From positions 49,572,043-49,636,042 of the forward strand of contig JARFYF010000063.1 of the NCBI GenBank assembly GCA_030265395.1: a DNA stretch of 64,000 nt. Reading direction: 5' to 3'. Position numbers and translations under genes: made by a program. The notes beneath the pieces are model-generated. The model saw nothing but the letters and a program-made list of their open reading frames with translations. It ran no database searches and had not been told where the DNA came from. Origin of the DNA: Rhina ancylostomus. Lineage: Eukaryota. Below, in pieces: positions 1-14,047 of the stretch. Position 1 is the first letter of the stretch; every line of letters begins with the position of its first letter.

Positions 1-1049
1 GTTGAAAGCTGCGCTGTCTTCTGCTGTGAAGGTAGCAGCTGGTCTGTAGGGTTCATTGCAGTCATTTTTAAAAGATGCCCTCTTACACAATGTACAGATT
101 GGCATATTGATCAATTCTGTGGCAATTCTGAATAAATTCAGGGCTCGGTGTCAAGGAGGGAGAAAGTGCAGAGAAAAACCTCTCTCGGTCTCCACACGTG
201 GCGAGAAATGGGGAGGTGAGCTGAATCCTGTATGTCAACTGTTCCACTCAAAAAGCTGCAGACTTCATTCCTCTTGGTCTAATCCATGGGGAGGTGGCAT
301 GATTCTCTTCAATTTCCGATGCTAGATTTAGGTTCAGCAATTCTAAAGAGCTGCCTGGAGCACTTCAAAGGGTGTGAGCTCAATTGTGATCCTTCCATCT
401 CACTGCTTTGTGTGCCGGCCTTGCTCTGCCTGAGGAGGACCACGAACTCTCATGATTTATAGACTATCACAACTGCTGCTGAGCAGAGAATCCTTGCAGC
501 GGTGTGGAGTTCCCCTGCTCGCTCTCCCCTCACAACCATAAGCATGTGGTTTAAATATCAGTGGGAGATGAGCCAGTTGGAAAGAGTGATGCAGGATCTT
601 TGCCTGGAGCTGGGAAAGCACATCTGGAGTCTTCCCTTGGATAGCTTTACAACAGAATTCCCATCACTCCTCGCAACACATCCCCCATATCATTGAGAAT
701 GGAATGATGGTGCTCTAGAATCTGTTCTTGGGACTTAGAATTGATATTTAATGTAATAGTAACTTCAAAAGTAACAGAAATGATGAACCAAAAGCACTCT
801 TCTAAACACCGTGTCTGTGTTGAACCCAAAGTGCTTTATCATTATCAATTAAAAGAACGTAAATTCAAACCATCAAGTGGTAAACAGATACCAATAATCA
901 AAACTACACTTTTTTGTGAGTATTGTGCAAGCAAATCTTATAACTGGAGCAGTTTAAATTCAAAAGACTGCATGCTTTGATAATACTGTTACCATTATGC
1001 CTTCATTATGTCAGAAGAAATTCTGTGGGAGTCATTTTATGAATTTGTT

Positions 1050-1183
1050 CATGGGATGTTGACGTCATTGGCATGATCAGCATTTGTGGCCCAGTAATAA
1101 TTACCCATGAATTGGAGTCAGTTGTGTCAGATTGGGTAAGGATGGCAGATTTCCTTCCCTGAAGGACATTAGTGAACTATAAT
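1050..1183 (-). mobile_element. Fragment of the tRNA-derived SINE family also seen at 44335-44690
   Basis: ggtaaggatggcagatttccttccctgaaggacattagtgaac is the reverse complement of the core at about 44517-44558. Truncated by an N gap. Confidence 0.7.
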
Positions 1184-1429
1184 NNNNNNNNNNNNNNNNN
1201 NNNNNNNNNNNNNNNNNNNNNNNNNNNNNNNNNNNNNNNNNNNNNNNNNNNNNNNNNNNNNNNNNNNNNNNNNNNNNNNNNNNNNNNNNNNNNNNNNNNN
1301 NNNNNNNNNNNNNNNNNNNNNNNNNNNNNNNNNNNNNNNNNNNNNNNNNNNNNNNNNNNNNNNNNNNNNNNNNNNNNNNNNNNNNNNNNNNNATACCAAA
1401 GAATAGTTTAAAAATTATTTCTGTTTAAG

Positions 1430-2980
1430 TCAAGTAGAGAAATTAATGGTGGGAGCTGGCACTGCATCTTGGTTTTATTTTGTATTACAAGGCATTTGTG
1501 CTGGGATAAACAGCAGTGAAGAGCATTAAATGAACAGAGTTCAGGAGGATTGCATGAGTTTAAGGCGCAGCCCAGATCTGAAGGGGTTTCTTCTGTGCAT
1601 GTAGATGTAAAATGTTGATGGACTACACTGGGAAAATAAATAAGCTCAGACATTTTACAGGAGCCTCAAGGCTCAAGAAGGCACCTGCAGTGCATCTGAT
1701 AGGCAGTAAGTTGTAACGACTGAGAAGTGAGTTAGTGGGCGGATGATGAGCAGGGAATTCTGGAACATTGAACCTGGTGACCAAAGAGAAGCAGTACTCG
1801 AAAGAGCCTCTCCCCAGCACAGCAGCATTTCAAAGGGGAGATTTTGTTTAGATTATGTGAATCATGCAAGAGGACTTAAAAAAAAGACATCTATCTTGGT
1901 TTTGCATTTGACTGGGTCTTTTTGAAACTGAACAGGCAATATAGGGGACTGAGATAGGGACACTCAGTCGTTTGCCAGTAGGGGAACTAGATAAAGCAGG
2001 CTGAAAGGAAGTTATTGTCAGTAGCTTTCAAGGAATGTGCTGGGAGGGAAGATAAGTGAAAAAGGATGAAGGAGTTCGGGTTGTTGCTCCTGAAGGTGGT
2101 GGTGACAGGTGTCTCAGTAGGCGTTTAAGTTTATTCCAAGGAACTGCAAGGTAAGGATATTGGCAGGAGAATAAAATAAATGAGAGAGTTTCATGTCCCT
2201 TTCTGGATGCCCCACAGTACTTTACAGCCAGTGAAATAACGTTGACAAGCAGTTGTTTAATATAGGACAACATGCGCAGGGAAAGCTCCCACAACCAGCA
2301 GTATGATGATGACAAGATGTATTTTATTCTTGCAGTGATGTTAATTAAGGGATGGTAAAATGACCAGGGAACTGAGGATATCTTCCTTGAGATGTGAGGT
2401 GGTGCATTGGGGTGCTTTGCTTACAAATAAGAGAACAGATGGAGCTTTGGTTTGATGGCTCATTAGAAAGATGGTACCTTTAAGAGTGCAACATTAACTC
2501 AGAGTGCCAGCCTAGATGTTCATGCTCTGAGCTCTGTAATGGGACTTGAATGCATAACCTTCAAAGCTATAGCAATAGTGGGAACTTGAATTTGGGATTG
2601 GTATGACAAAGTATCCCAGAAGAGAGAAGTGAACAATGGTAAAGTTGTATGAGAATGAGAGACGTGGCCAAGAGAAACAAAATGAAAACAACACATTCAG
2701 TAAAGCTTGTGACATGAATAGTGAATTAAATAAGGAACCTGGGTTATACTGGTTTAACATGACTTTAGAGTACGGGAAGAGAACAGTCCACTGTTCAGAT
2801 TGACGCTAGGCTCATGATGTGAAGCAGGCATACTGTGAATACACCATGGAAGTGTGCATAAAGCTCATGGCCGCATTTGGAGTCAGACACAGAAAGGGAA
2901 TGGAGCTGTCTGAAAAGGTTTGGGTGGGGGGGGGAGCAAAATCTGGATTTGCCATTTGAAATACACGGACCAATTTATGA
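1430..2980 (-). mobile_element. Highly decayed L2-like LINE fragments interrupted by SINEs
   Basis: Purine-rich sequence resembling antisense L2 ORF2 and 3' region. No intact ORF. Confidence 0.35.
2185..2575 (-). mobile_element. Deu-domain SINE (SacSINE1/AmnSINE1-like), decayed
   Basis: ctttacagccagtgaa, agctcccacaaccagca, gaaagatggtacc and gggacttgaa are reverse complements of recalled DeuSINE blocks. Related to the copy at 13225-13540. Confidence 0.6.
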
Positions 2981-3612
2981 AAATGTAAATTCATTGAAAC
3001 TGGGTACAGAAGTGATTCTGTTCAGTTCAGAAATAAATAATCTTAGGTGGGAAGTACCAAGATTCAGTTTTAATCATTAGGTGTTTTTAGTACATGATCC
3101 TAATTTGGAGGAAATATATAAAATACTTTGAATAATTCATCAACTAAATTTACACTGATTTACATGTGATTAATGATTTGCAATCTATTGCATATGCATC
3201 TGATGTCTCATTTCATTTTAACCTTGAATACATTAGGAAAATTTTAATTTTTTTAATTTTAAAGGTAACAAAATGACTACATCAAAGATATTTCAACGGT
3301 TAATTTTCATTGTGGAAAAGGATTTTTAAAACCATTGGCAGTGTTATCTTGATATAGAAGTTGATGTTGAGGGATAAAAGTAGACGGAAAACAGCACAAA
3401 GTCTGAAATGAAGTCGGCATATCAACTATCAATATGCTTTTTGCTGACAAATAATTCCATATGTCTTTTTACAAAGTTTCTATTTTTGTATATGCTTTTA
3501 CTTTCAAAACTCATTCACAAGGAGATTTCTGTATTAATATCATTTGAAGTGAGATGAAGAGTAATTGTATTATGCATTTATGACTTAGTGAATATCTTGT
3601 AATCTTTTCCAG

Positions 3613-3682
3613 TTATTTGCCTTGGTTTGAAGTTTACTACAAGCTGCTGAACACGTTGGCAGATCTTCTGGTTAAAGAACAG
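3613..3682 (+). CDS. DENND1B: DENND1B internal exon, 70 nt: (S)YLPWFEVYYKLLNTLADLLVKEQ
   Basis: Acceptor ttttccAG, donor GTaaaa. The translation matches the DENND1-family segment YLPWFEVYYKLLNTLAD. It starts with 1 leftover base and ends in phase 0. Confidence 0.95.
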
Positions 3683-5219
3683 GTAAAATATTTGCTTGTG
3701 CCTCTTACTTTTTTTCATGGTTCATTAAACTTGTTAAATTACGTGACACTCAAATAGTACTATTTCCATTTATTACCATAATCTCACCAACAAACTCAGG
3801 TGTAAAATTTTAAGTTCTACACAATTCTAGGAGCAAGGGAATGTAATTTTGAAGTTAGAATGGAACACTGTAAGATGAAATTAGAATTGTAACTGGAACC
3901 AACAGATGACTACTTGCCCACATCTATGGACAACTTAAAATGCAGCTCTGACCTAACCAAGCACATGGATGATTATTTTCATGTATGTCCACAGTGTCTG
4001 ATTAACAATTATTAATCAATACCTTGTAGTTCATTGGAAATTTTGTAAGTTTGGTTCACTGAACTACAGCAATAATAGAGCATGAAACACTTGATAGGAA
4101 ATATTTGTATTACTAATAGTTATGAACATTAATTGAATGTTAAGTGATTCTGTGATAATGATCCACAATTTACAGTGAACCACTTGTACTTGCCAGTGAC
4201 TCCGGGAAAGGAACAAAAATGTTCACGCTGATCTTGGGCAAATCCTTCAACAAGAGCTTGGCTTAAATGAGCCTTCTTGCAGCAGTTTCAGCAAAGACCA
4301 GTGCAACAACTGGCCATCACAGTCGTGTGTCAGATGAAGCCTCATTGTCACACAACCGGCTAAGTCTTATATAACCCACTAAGTCATGCACTCTTGCTTA
4401 GCTGGCTGTTGGAGCTCTGCAGAATTATGAATGTTATTGACATTCAGAAACATTTGCAATCCATTCAAGCTATTAAAAATATTTGTTTTTGAAATGGAAG
4501 AAGAATAATGCACTTAAAACACAAACATTTAAATGAAGTCAAAACTACCTATAAACACAATTACTTAACTATTGCTTATCCACTCTCCACTGAAATCTTA
4601 GAATAAAGTCCCCTTTGCCAGGCGTAATCCTGGCACAGATGGTTCAAGTGGATTCCTGGACTTCATGTGAATTTCAACTTCATAATGCTTTCTAGAAAAA
4701 TACCGCAAACAGCTGACAACAATTTTAGGATTCTGTGTCCGTGTAGAAAGTCTGAGGTTGCTGTCATTTAGACTGGGAAATGTCAGCAGCTAGCCAGCTG
4801 ACTGCCAATATTTCTTCACAAGATCCATTTCATTTTGTTTAACTCTTAATTTTCCCCCAATTTGCAACAAGAAACAAAATATTGATTCCAAGAGCTCGTG
4901 TACTGACTAAGATAAAAGCCTGCAAATGATCTGAGCATTTACCATGATTTTACTGACTTAATCTGTTGAGAACTGTCCTGAAAGCACATCCTGCTACCAT
5001 ATGGTAGTGATTTGAAAGGATTAAAGGGTTACATTGGAAGTTGCTGCTACTCCTCAGTTTTGTTCTCCAAGTAGTCTCTGGTTTGTGCTATTTAGCCAAT
5101 AACCCAGCCCAATTCAAATCATGGAAATGTTCAGTATGGAAGATGACCATGTTGGACAACAGTCCAGGCAGTTGCTTTTGGCTCATTGACTTGCAGATGT
5201 TCTGCTTTCAAATATTTAC

Positions 5220-7300
5220 CTAGTTCCCTTTTGAAAACCACAATTGAAACTGGATCCATGATATTTTCAGGCAGGGCATTTCAGATCATAACCACTTGCT
5301 GCTTTAAAAACCCTGGCTTCACGCCTTGATCATTCGCCACTTGAAATTCATGTCCTTTGGTCCTTGACCTCTCTACTAATGGGAACACTTCCACTTTATT
5401 TGTTCCACCTAAGCCTGTCAAGAGCTTGTACGCATTCTCGAGCTTCTCCACTGCAAGGAGAACAATCCCAGCTTCACCTGGTAATCCTCACAACTGAATT
5501 CTCTCATGTTGAAACCATTTTAGTAAATTTAACTGCATTCTCTTTTGGGTCTTTACATCTTTCCTGAGGTGTGGTGACTGGAAAGGAACCCGATACCCAA
5601 CTGTGGGCTAACTGGTGTTTTATGAAGGTTCACTGTATCCGCCTGACTTTGATACTGTGTCACTGTTTGTGAAGCCCACTATCCCAAATACTTTATAAAC
5701 CACTTTCTCAACGTATCATGCTATCATCTTTAAAGATTTCAGCGCATATCCACCATGGTTGTCTGCTCTGAAATCCAATTTAGAAATACACCATTCCGTC
5801 TATACGGTTTCTCCTCCTCCTCCCTGCCAAAATATTTTACTTCACACTTCCTTCTATTAAATTTCATCTGCCCATTCCAGTAGTCCAGAAGTCTATTGGC
5901 ATCCTCCTCGCTGGTTCCCACAGTTAAAATCTTTCTATCGTATTTGTGCCACACATCTGTATCTAGGCCATTAATGAGGTAGCAGTGGTCCCTGGACCAA
6001 CCTCTGCTCCTTTCATATTTCTCCTCTAACGTATGGTCCAGTTGGCCCTTCTCATCCACCATGACAGATCTTGAAAAATCCTCCCTCCAGTCTGAAGAAC
6101 AAACTTTTATGAAAGCTGTGTTTTCTGTCTCTGTCAATTCCTTATCTGTTCCTTCACTAATGTGCTTCAATTTATTTGGGATTTTTTCGATCCACATTTC
6201 TAACTTCTACAATATTGCCTTCATCAACCCTCCTTGCAACCCATTCAAAAACAATCAGATTAACACATACGTGCTGGTTGTCTGTTGTTTATTCAGACAT
6301 CTGTAAATGCCCATTTTTGTTATTGTTCCTGCCAGGCTGATGGTGGCTGGTTCATCTTGTGATGAATTCACTTTCATTACAGGTATCTTCTATGGGGCCG
6401 TCCCTCCTCACCTCTCCCATCCCCCACCTCATCCCCCCTCTGGTCAGGTCCTCCTTTCTCAGCCGATCCATTATCTCTGGAACTTCCCCTTTTTACTGAC
6501 ACTTTGATTGCATCCTCTTCCTTGGTAAAGACTGTTTCAGATTATTCACCAAATATCTCAAACATGCCCCAGCTTCATGTGAAGGGATGTTCTCGATAGC
6601 TCATAAGGCCCACTCCTTTTAATACCTGGTTAACATTTATATGCCATTGAAAACTTGGATTTCTTTTTTATGTTAAGTGCTNNNNNNNNNNNNNNNNNNN
6701 NNNNNNNNNTCTCACTTCCCCTCTGAGCTTACTGTATTCAGCCACATTCTCACTTGTATTTTCAAGCTGACGGGAGTCATACATCCACTTTTTGTATTAT
6801 GTTACTTTCTGTCTCTTTCTTTATTTGGGAACTCAGGCATTGGTTTGCCCCATGGGAAATTTCCTTGACCATATATAAGCCATTTCCTCTCTGAAGGCTG
6901 CCAATTTTTCTATAACTGTTTCCTCTGTCAATCTTTAACTTCAGGTAATCTGGACCTGATCCCTTTCTATCCTACTGCAGTTAGTGCTCCTTCAGTTATG
7001 AAGTTCTGCTGTAGCTTAATCCTTCCTCTTTTCCATGACTCATCCAAAGCTTTTGATACTATGATTACCATTCCCATCTGTTCCTTCTATGATGTTTGGT
7101 CCATTTAGTTCAGCTCATTCTCCAGAAACAGATCCATTAGTGCCTATTTCCTCACTAAGGCAATAGCACACTGATCAGGGAAGTTCTTATTAACACTCAT
7201 AAGAAATTCCTCCCAATCTGCACCCCCCCCCATCCCCCCACAGGTCCTTTCATATTATCCTAATCAATACTGAGGTGGTTCCATGGCTCTCACACCTCAT
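5220..7300 (-). mobile_element. Decayed CR1 LINE (ORF2 reverse transcriptase remnants)
   Basis: ORF 5739..6197 contains NRLLDYWNGQMKFNRRKCEVKYFGR, matching the CR1 motif WQMKFNxxKCEVxHFGR. Frameshifted elsewhere. Confidence 0.75.
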
Positions 7301-7747
7301 TGTGATGTGTTCCTGCTCCTCATCAGTGATCAGCGCTGCCTTTTACTCCCAGTGGATTATAAAATTTGGAAGTGCTGATGCCAAATTAAATGTAAGATGT
7401 CAATCTGGTTTAATGTATGGATATAGAAGGGTGCCTGAAATGGATGTAAACATAATTTTATTTTCATTGTTTTAATTAATATCTAATGGATATGTAATAT
7501 TTTCTTCTGAAAGAGATTAGTGATCATTTTCAAAAAAAACTTTGCTTTTTGAGTTGGGTGAAGAAAATAATTACAGATAGCATTTACACTTAGAAGGTTG
7601 AATTGTACCATCAATAGGATGGTGCACAGAAAATTGTTTCTGCTTAATTCTTTCTCTTAATTTTTAGTTCTTGATTCCACATACGATGAATTCCGAATAT
7701 CTGATTTTTACCAGTTTATGAAAACATTGTTCTCATTTGACTTGCAG

Positions 7748-7828
7748 GAAAATGACTTGAATGATATTTTGCAAACATTATACAAGCATGATGTACCATT
7801 GCCAAATACTCCTGTCAATCTCAGCCTG
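7748..7828 (+). CDS. DENND1B: DENND1B internal exon, 81 nt: ENDLNDILQTLYKHDVPLPNTPVNLSL
   Basis: Acceptor ttgcAG, donor GTaggt, phase 0-0. Resembles human DENND1B ENDLNETLRSLYNHPVPKANTPVNLSV as recalled. Confidence 0.93.
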
Positions 7829-9249
7829 GTAGGTTTACTTTTGCATTTGCTTGCTTTAGAGTCTGATTGATATTCTAGTATTTTCTGACGTTAGCCTAGT
7901 TGTGTGTGCCAAAGGTGAAAACAAACTGGACTCTCTGGCATCTTAAATATAAGTAACCCACAAAAACCTTTCATTTCCTGTTTTAGTTTTGAATTTGGCA
8001 GTCCACTGTGTGATAGTTAAATAATACCTCTTTGTTATTTATCTTAACTTTTTTCGCACAACAATTTACTTTTGAAAAGCTGAAAATTTTATTGCATTAT
8101 GTGCAGAAAAGGAGCTGATGGTTAGCAAATTGTGGTACTTTACAGAAAATGAAGCTAAATTCAGCTGCCACTGTTTGCAACATTTTCAATTCTATTATTC
8201 CTTTTATTAGCATATATTCAGAACCGAATGTGAGTTCAAATTTTGATCTTAGTTACCTGTTGAACTTCATTTCCTTGTTATTGGCTGAACATGAAGATAT
8301 TGGATCCGAGTCTGTTGAGACAATATTAGATGAAAAGACACAGATGGTTGTCTTCGCACTTTCATCCAGACGGCTGATTTGTTTATTTGAAGAACATTTG
8401 AAGGATATTGCTTTTGTTTTTTCGGTAGTCCTGAGTGGCTAACTTTTCTTTTACCAAAATAGTTGTTGTGTATAATCATGTTATCAATGTATTGTTTCAT
8501 GTCCACGGTACTGTGAAGTAAAGAAACTTTCCGATCAACTCATTTAATTAAAAGGAGGAAATTTTTAAAAGGAGAAAATTCCTATCCAGTGGACTAGTGA
8601 TGAACATAAAACCTGAGAAATAAAAGCAAAGCACAAACGTAAAATGAATCTTCTATTGTAAAAAAAAACATAGGAATGGGTGAAAAGGTTGACACCAATC
8701 TCTATATTTGGATAGATGGAGGTAGGTTGGAAGTAACGTTAAAGAAATGAGCAGAAGTAGAGATACTTTAGGAGGGAATTCTAGTACAGATATCTCAGAG
8801 TATTGAAGGACAGGAAGTTATTAAAAAGATAACGGAGGGAAATGAGGAAAAGGACTTTATAACTGATGAATATGTTAATTAGTGGCCAATATCAGTCAGT
8901 GAGTACATAGTTATTGGGTGAGTAAGTCTTGGTCTGTTAGGCTAAGGGCAGAAGAGTGATAGATAATTTCTGGTTATGGAGAGTAAACAGAGGATGTCAG
9001 TCAGGATCATCTTGGAACAGAGAATCCTGGAGAATTATGTTTACAGCAGATGAGGTAAGTGGACTTTGTTGAAGTGTAGAAGCAGAAATGGTAGTCTGTT
9101 GATTCCAAACTTTTGTCCTATACAATATTTGGGGATACCTTTTAGAGAAAAGAGACACATGTATAAAAATGATTTCTATTGTGAAAACGTTTGGCTGTTT
9201 GTTTTAGTCACTTCCGATCTGATTTTGGTTGTGATCAGTCCTTGTTCTT

Positions 9250-10570
9250 AGGCAGTCCCTCAAAATTGAAGACTCTATGAGGTTCTAAGGTGGCAGATTC
9301 TCCTATAGATGGGGCAGGTGGGTGGGTGGGTGGTCAGGTGGTGTGCTACTTATGCTGGCTTTGCAGGGCCTCTGTGCATCTCTAACGCACGGACTCGAAA
9401 TTCTCGATATTGTCCCAAGTGCATTTTGAGCCGTCATGGGCCAGCGGTTCCCGGAAGTCAGTGGGGATGTTGCACTTCTTCAAGGAAGCTTTGACAGATT
9501 GCTGAATCTTTTGTTCCATCCACCTGGTCACCTCCTCCATTGACAGAACTCGGAACAGAGCATCTGTTTGGGAGGCTGGTGTTGGGCATGTGAACAACAT
9601 CACCTGCTCAATGCAGCTGACTGAGAGTAACTCGTGCCTCAATGCTGAGAGTGTTGGCCTGGGAGAAGACGTGATGTTGGTTGACTTGTCCTCCCAGTAA
9701 ATTTGGGAGGGTTTTATGGAGATAGCATTGGGGTTATTTTTCTAGTGCCTCGAGGTGCCTCCTGTAGGTGGTCCAGGTCTCAGAGGTTTACAGGAGGGCA
9801 GGGATCACTGATGTCCAGTAGACCCAAGAATTTTGTGCCAGGTCTGAGGTCTTGATCTTCAAATACCCTTTTCCACAATCAACTAAAGGCTGTGCTGCCA
9901 CATTGATGAATTTTATCATTGATGTCTACTTTCATCAAGATATGGCTCCAAGATGGGGAAGTTGCCCATGTTGGTGTAGTGGTGGCAGGTTGGTGGAGGA
10001 CCATCGAATTGTAAATGCTAAGTGTAAGGCCCATCCTCTCACATGGTTCATTGAACAAGTCACTGATGGCTTGGAACTCTGCCTTCGAGAATACACAAAC
10101 ACAAGCAACACCTGCATACAATAACTCAACTAGGAGTGCATTTGCTGTAGGTTGAAAGAGTTCTCATTCGTTCTGAAAATTAGCTCTTTGGGAAGTTTAT
10201 TGGAAGTGAGCTACAATGTTGCAGTGAGAGATTAGTAAAAGCATTGGGACAGTCTTGTTTGATACTGGTCTTTACTGAGATTGGTTCTGTTGCAGATCCA
10301 GTGGTTAATATCATGGTCTGAATTTCTGTGGGCAGCCGAATTTGAGGAGGGTGTTCCACACTCCCTCTTGATTGATCACGTCAAATGGTTGAAGAAGGCA
10401 ATGTATAATAGCAGGTGCTGCTCCCTGCTTTTTTCTTTGAGTTGTCACAAAGTAAGGATCATGTCCACTCTAGATGGACTGAATCCACATTTATTCAGGC
10501 ACCAGCTATTCAGCCACTGGAAAGAGGCAGAATATGCTCAATCTGGCATACTTGCAATGCAGCAATGCAT
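9250..10570 (-). mobile_element. Decayed RTE-clade LINE, 3' part of the RT ORF
   Basis: Minus ORFs give YAGVACVCVFSKAEFQAISDLF..ERMGLTLSI (a degenerate YADD region), HLGAIS and KASLKKCNIPTD..PLAHD, all typical of RTE elements. Multiple frameshifts. Confidence 0.8.
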
Positions 10571-11834
10571 TCATTTAACCACAATTCCTGACAAACAGTG
10601 CAATGTACTGATGCTGCCCATTTCAAATTACTTTTTTCATATTTTGTTTAAAATGTTCTATTCCATGGCATAAGCAATGCTACCAGCAAACTGATGCAAG
10701 ACTGATTAAATTTGTAAGCAGCTTTCTCAAAGTGCTAAAGTTGAACTTGAATAAATGAGCTATCTACATTTAAAAAAACTGAATGATAAGAAATAGCATG
10801 TAACAAAATTACTTTTTTGGAAACTAGATTGCCATCTTGGGGCCCTTCTGTATTGAAGGACCTTTGTCTCTGCTACACAGGCACACTCCACAGAGTGAGG
10901 TGGCTGAGGTGCCAGTGAGTTCCCAGCCAAATGGAATGGGATGAATCCATGTTAAGTCCTGGCTCTCTCTGGTTTGGTGTGATGTCACGATGGCTGGAAA
11001 ATTCAGTGGAGTCGCGTGCAACCGGTACCAGTTGAAGTAATGGTAGAATGGGGAGTTGATTGTTCAGGAGCCAGAGTGACGGAGAAACACCTCTTTCTGT
11101 GGAATGTAAGTACTCACCCCTGAAGATGGGGTGATCTGTGGATGCAGGATAAAGAGAGAGCTGTTCCACAAAGGTGCTTCTTTCACCCATTGCCACCTTG
11201 CTGATGCCTTCCCTGATTTTTAGGTTGTTACTTTATGGTGCACTGAAGGTTCACAACTTGTGAGTGTTCATGTTTTCAAAGAGCCATTTATAACAAATAC
11301 AATGCAAATTAATTTGGGTTTTCAGCATGTATCCTTCTTTGCACTTGCTTTTATTGTAATATTAAGTTTTGTTAATTTATGATGCTTCCCAAGTCCATGA
11401 AGGTACTGCATTATTTCGGGATATGAATGGAACATAGATCAGGAAGCTTTTATTGCTTTNNNNNNNNNNTTTAAGGTCAGACCACATGTAGTACATTGTG
11501 TGTAGTTTGACTGCTCCTAGATCACAGCAAATGTGTTATTATCCTTTTGAGAATTAGAAAATAGCAATGATAATTCCAGACACCTGGAATCGAGCACAAG
11601 GAAATATTAAGGAATTTCCTTTGGTGGGGGGGGTGGGGTAGAAAGATCACAAAGTTCTCAAGATCAAGGAAGTGAATTGGGAAGTTAATTTAGTCAAGTC
11701 GTTCAGTTACATTTCTGATACCAGGAGGATCCAGTTTTTCCCTTTTTAGAAACCAAATGAAGATTCAATCATAGAAAATTTATGATACAGAATGAGGCTG
11801 TTCAACCCCTTGTGACTATGCCTGTCTAAAAAGA

Positions 11835-12725
11835 GCAATGGAGTGCAATGCAGAGAGCTGTGAGATCATCCACTCTGGTAAGAAAAGTAGGAAAGCAGAA
11901 TATTATTTAAATGGTGTGAGAATATTTAATGCAAGTTTGAGATCTGGGTGTCCTTGTCTAAAAAAACCACGCAGATACAGCAAGTATTCAGGAGGGCATT
12001 TGGAATTTTAAGTTGATACTACAAGGGGATCTTGCACAAACTGAGGCAAGTTTTACTGCAACTGTGCAGGATCTTATTGAGATAGAATTTGAGGGCAGCA
12101 CATCAACACAACCAGTAGAGATTCACTGGAGACATGTGGTTTTCATCTGTATGATCTTGTTTCCTTCCATGTGCCCAAGATGTGTGGGTTATTAGCTTAA
12201 TTGGTCATTGTAAATTGTTCCTAGTGTATAAGTGAGTGGTACAATCTGAGGGAGTTGATGTTAATGTGGGGAGAATAAACGGGATCAGCATAGGATATTG
12301 TAAATGGCTGCTTAACGGTTGAGGAGGATTTGGTAAGCTGAAGGGCCTGTTTCTGTGCTGTATGACTGTGTAACTGGATAATTCTTGGAGTCTTTTTAAA
12401 GAAAAGCTATACCTGGAGGCAATGCAGAGAAGATCCACTCAATTGATTATCAGGATAATGGGATGGTTTTATGAGGCAAGATTGACCCTGTCTTCACGCT
12501 GAACTCTTAGATCCTGAGGGAGCTTGACAGGATGGATGCTGCGAGGACGTTCTCTATTCTGACAATGTTTAGTACAGGGGTGCATGGTTTCAGAATAAGT
12601 TGTTGTCCAAATTAGACAGACGGGACAATTTTCTTCTCTCACTGGGTTGTGGTCCTTTGGAAATCGCAACCCCAGAGAGATGTAAATGCTGAGTCATTGA
12701 ATACATTTAAGATACATTTCTTGAC
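11835..12725 (+). mobile_element. Decayed CR1 LINE 3' region, interrupted by an HE1-like SINE at about 12130-12372
   Basis: CR1 blocks tgtgagatcatccac, gatctgggtgtccttgt and atgcagagaagatccact. The inner segment ttaattggtcattgtaaattg..gaagggcctgtttctgtgctgtatgact is an HE1/V-SINE core and tail. Confidence 0.7.
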
Positions 12726-13224
12726 GCAGAGTTCATGATTGCCACCAGGTTGCAAAGGGTGAGGTGAATTGGCAGCAGAGCCCAGAGATATGAAGTCTGA
12801 TGAGTTTATTGTTTGGACAAAGAATAAAAGAAGCTGGGAAACAATGCATTCATCAAAGTAGTAGGCATTTTGCTGAATATATTAAAAGGTGAGAAAGAAC
12901 AAAAAATTTAAGTTCCATTGAATGCTCCTTAATAATATCAATATAATGATAAGATTGTGAGAGAACATGTTGAGAAATGAGGTTTGACTGTCCAGACAGC
13001 AAACCACTTCCTGTTTCTTGTCCCTGGGTTCAATATATGAGGCGTTTCACCTGATTTGAATGTGAGCAATGAGGAAACTGGAAGTAAAAGCTGAATTCAG
13101 GAAGAAATCTTTTAGCCAAGATTCCTGTACTTGCAGGGAACTATTAAGTTCCTTCAACTGGGCAATTCTCCGTTTACTGCAGGTTATGCGTTTGATGTAA
13201 ATCACCCTTGCTTGGTGCACTCGT

Positions 13225-13540
13225 GATAGTAGCCAAGTGGTTCACTAAGTAACTTGTCTCCAAGACAGAAGGTTGGAGGTTTGAGTACTACTCTGGAGAA
13301 TAGAGTTGAAAAAGCTAGATTGATACTCCCATTCTGTGATGAAGAATTGCTGCTCAGTGTGGGTTGACATCTTTTGGATCGGATGTTAAACAGAAGTCTC
13401 ATCCGACTCCACAGGTGGATGTGAAAGATCCTATGGCACTATTTCAAAGAAGAGCAGAGGATATACTTCTGGTGCCCCGCTAAATATCTATCTCTCTGTC
13501 AACATCGTTAAAACAGATGAACGGGTCATTAGCACATTAA
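13225..13540 (+). mobile_element. Deu-domain SINE (SacSINE1/AmnSINE1-like)
   Basis: tRNA-like head (agaaggttggaggtttgagt), then caggtggatgtgaaagatcctatggcactatttcaaagaagagcag, the recalled Deu-domain core. Confidence 0.75.
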
Positions 13541-13650
13541 AAATGTATGGTTGTCTTAATTATTTTCAACTGTTGGAAATGGTGAAAAGGCCTTCTCGCA
13601 GAAAGAGTTGTTGGAAGACCATTGCGGCAATGTGTGGCCAGGGCCTTGTT

Positions 13651-13699
13651 TCCCACTGCCTGTGGTCTCCCTACTACCTGTGGTCTCCCTACTGCTTGT
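13651..13699. repeat. Short tandem repeat, about 2.5 copies of an 18-bp unit (cctgtggtctccctactr)
   Basis: Directly visible. It produces the VGRPQ repeats in ORF 13537..13749. Confidence 0.85.
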
Positions 13700-13949
13700 A
13701 GAAGGGCCACGGCAGTGCATTTGGAGTCGCAATCATTTTGTGTGGCCACGTGAGAGAGGCTGGGACAAATGCAATCCCACCTGATAGAAATACATCTTTT
13801 ATTTGATTTTTATTTTGTTGTGGGTCTCACCAGCATTAATTTTCATCCTTTCTCATTTCGAGCAACATGTGTCAGGTTTTATTCTTTAAATCTGTTCTGT
13901 TTAACGTGATCCAAAATGTTATAACTCACTCTGAGCAGCAATTCTTCAT

Positions 13950-14047
13950 CATGGCACTGGGGTGTCAACCTACATTATGAATTTGATTCTCTGGAGTAGG
14001 ATTTGAACCTCCAACCTTCTGTGGCAAGTTACTGCCTGAGCCACTGA
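13950..14047 (-). mobile_element. 5' part of a Deu-domain SINE
   Basis: aacctccaaccttctgt at 14006-14022 is the exact reverse complement of 13265-13281. Confidence 0.65.

Noticed and set aside
1169-1411. ORFs spanning N runs, also at about 14220, 15799, 27318, 30598, 31243, 39883 and 42577
   Set aside because: Their length comes from untranslatable gap characters.
5739-6197. 152-aa minus-strand ORF as a nested gene
   Set aside because: It contains degenerate CR1 reverse transcriptase motifs, so it is a transposon remnant.
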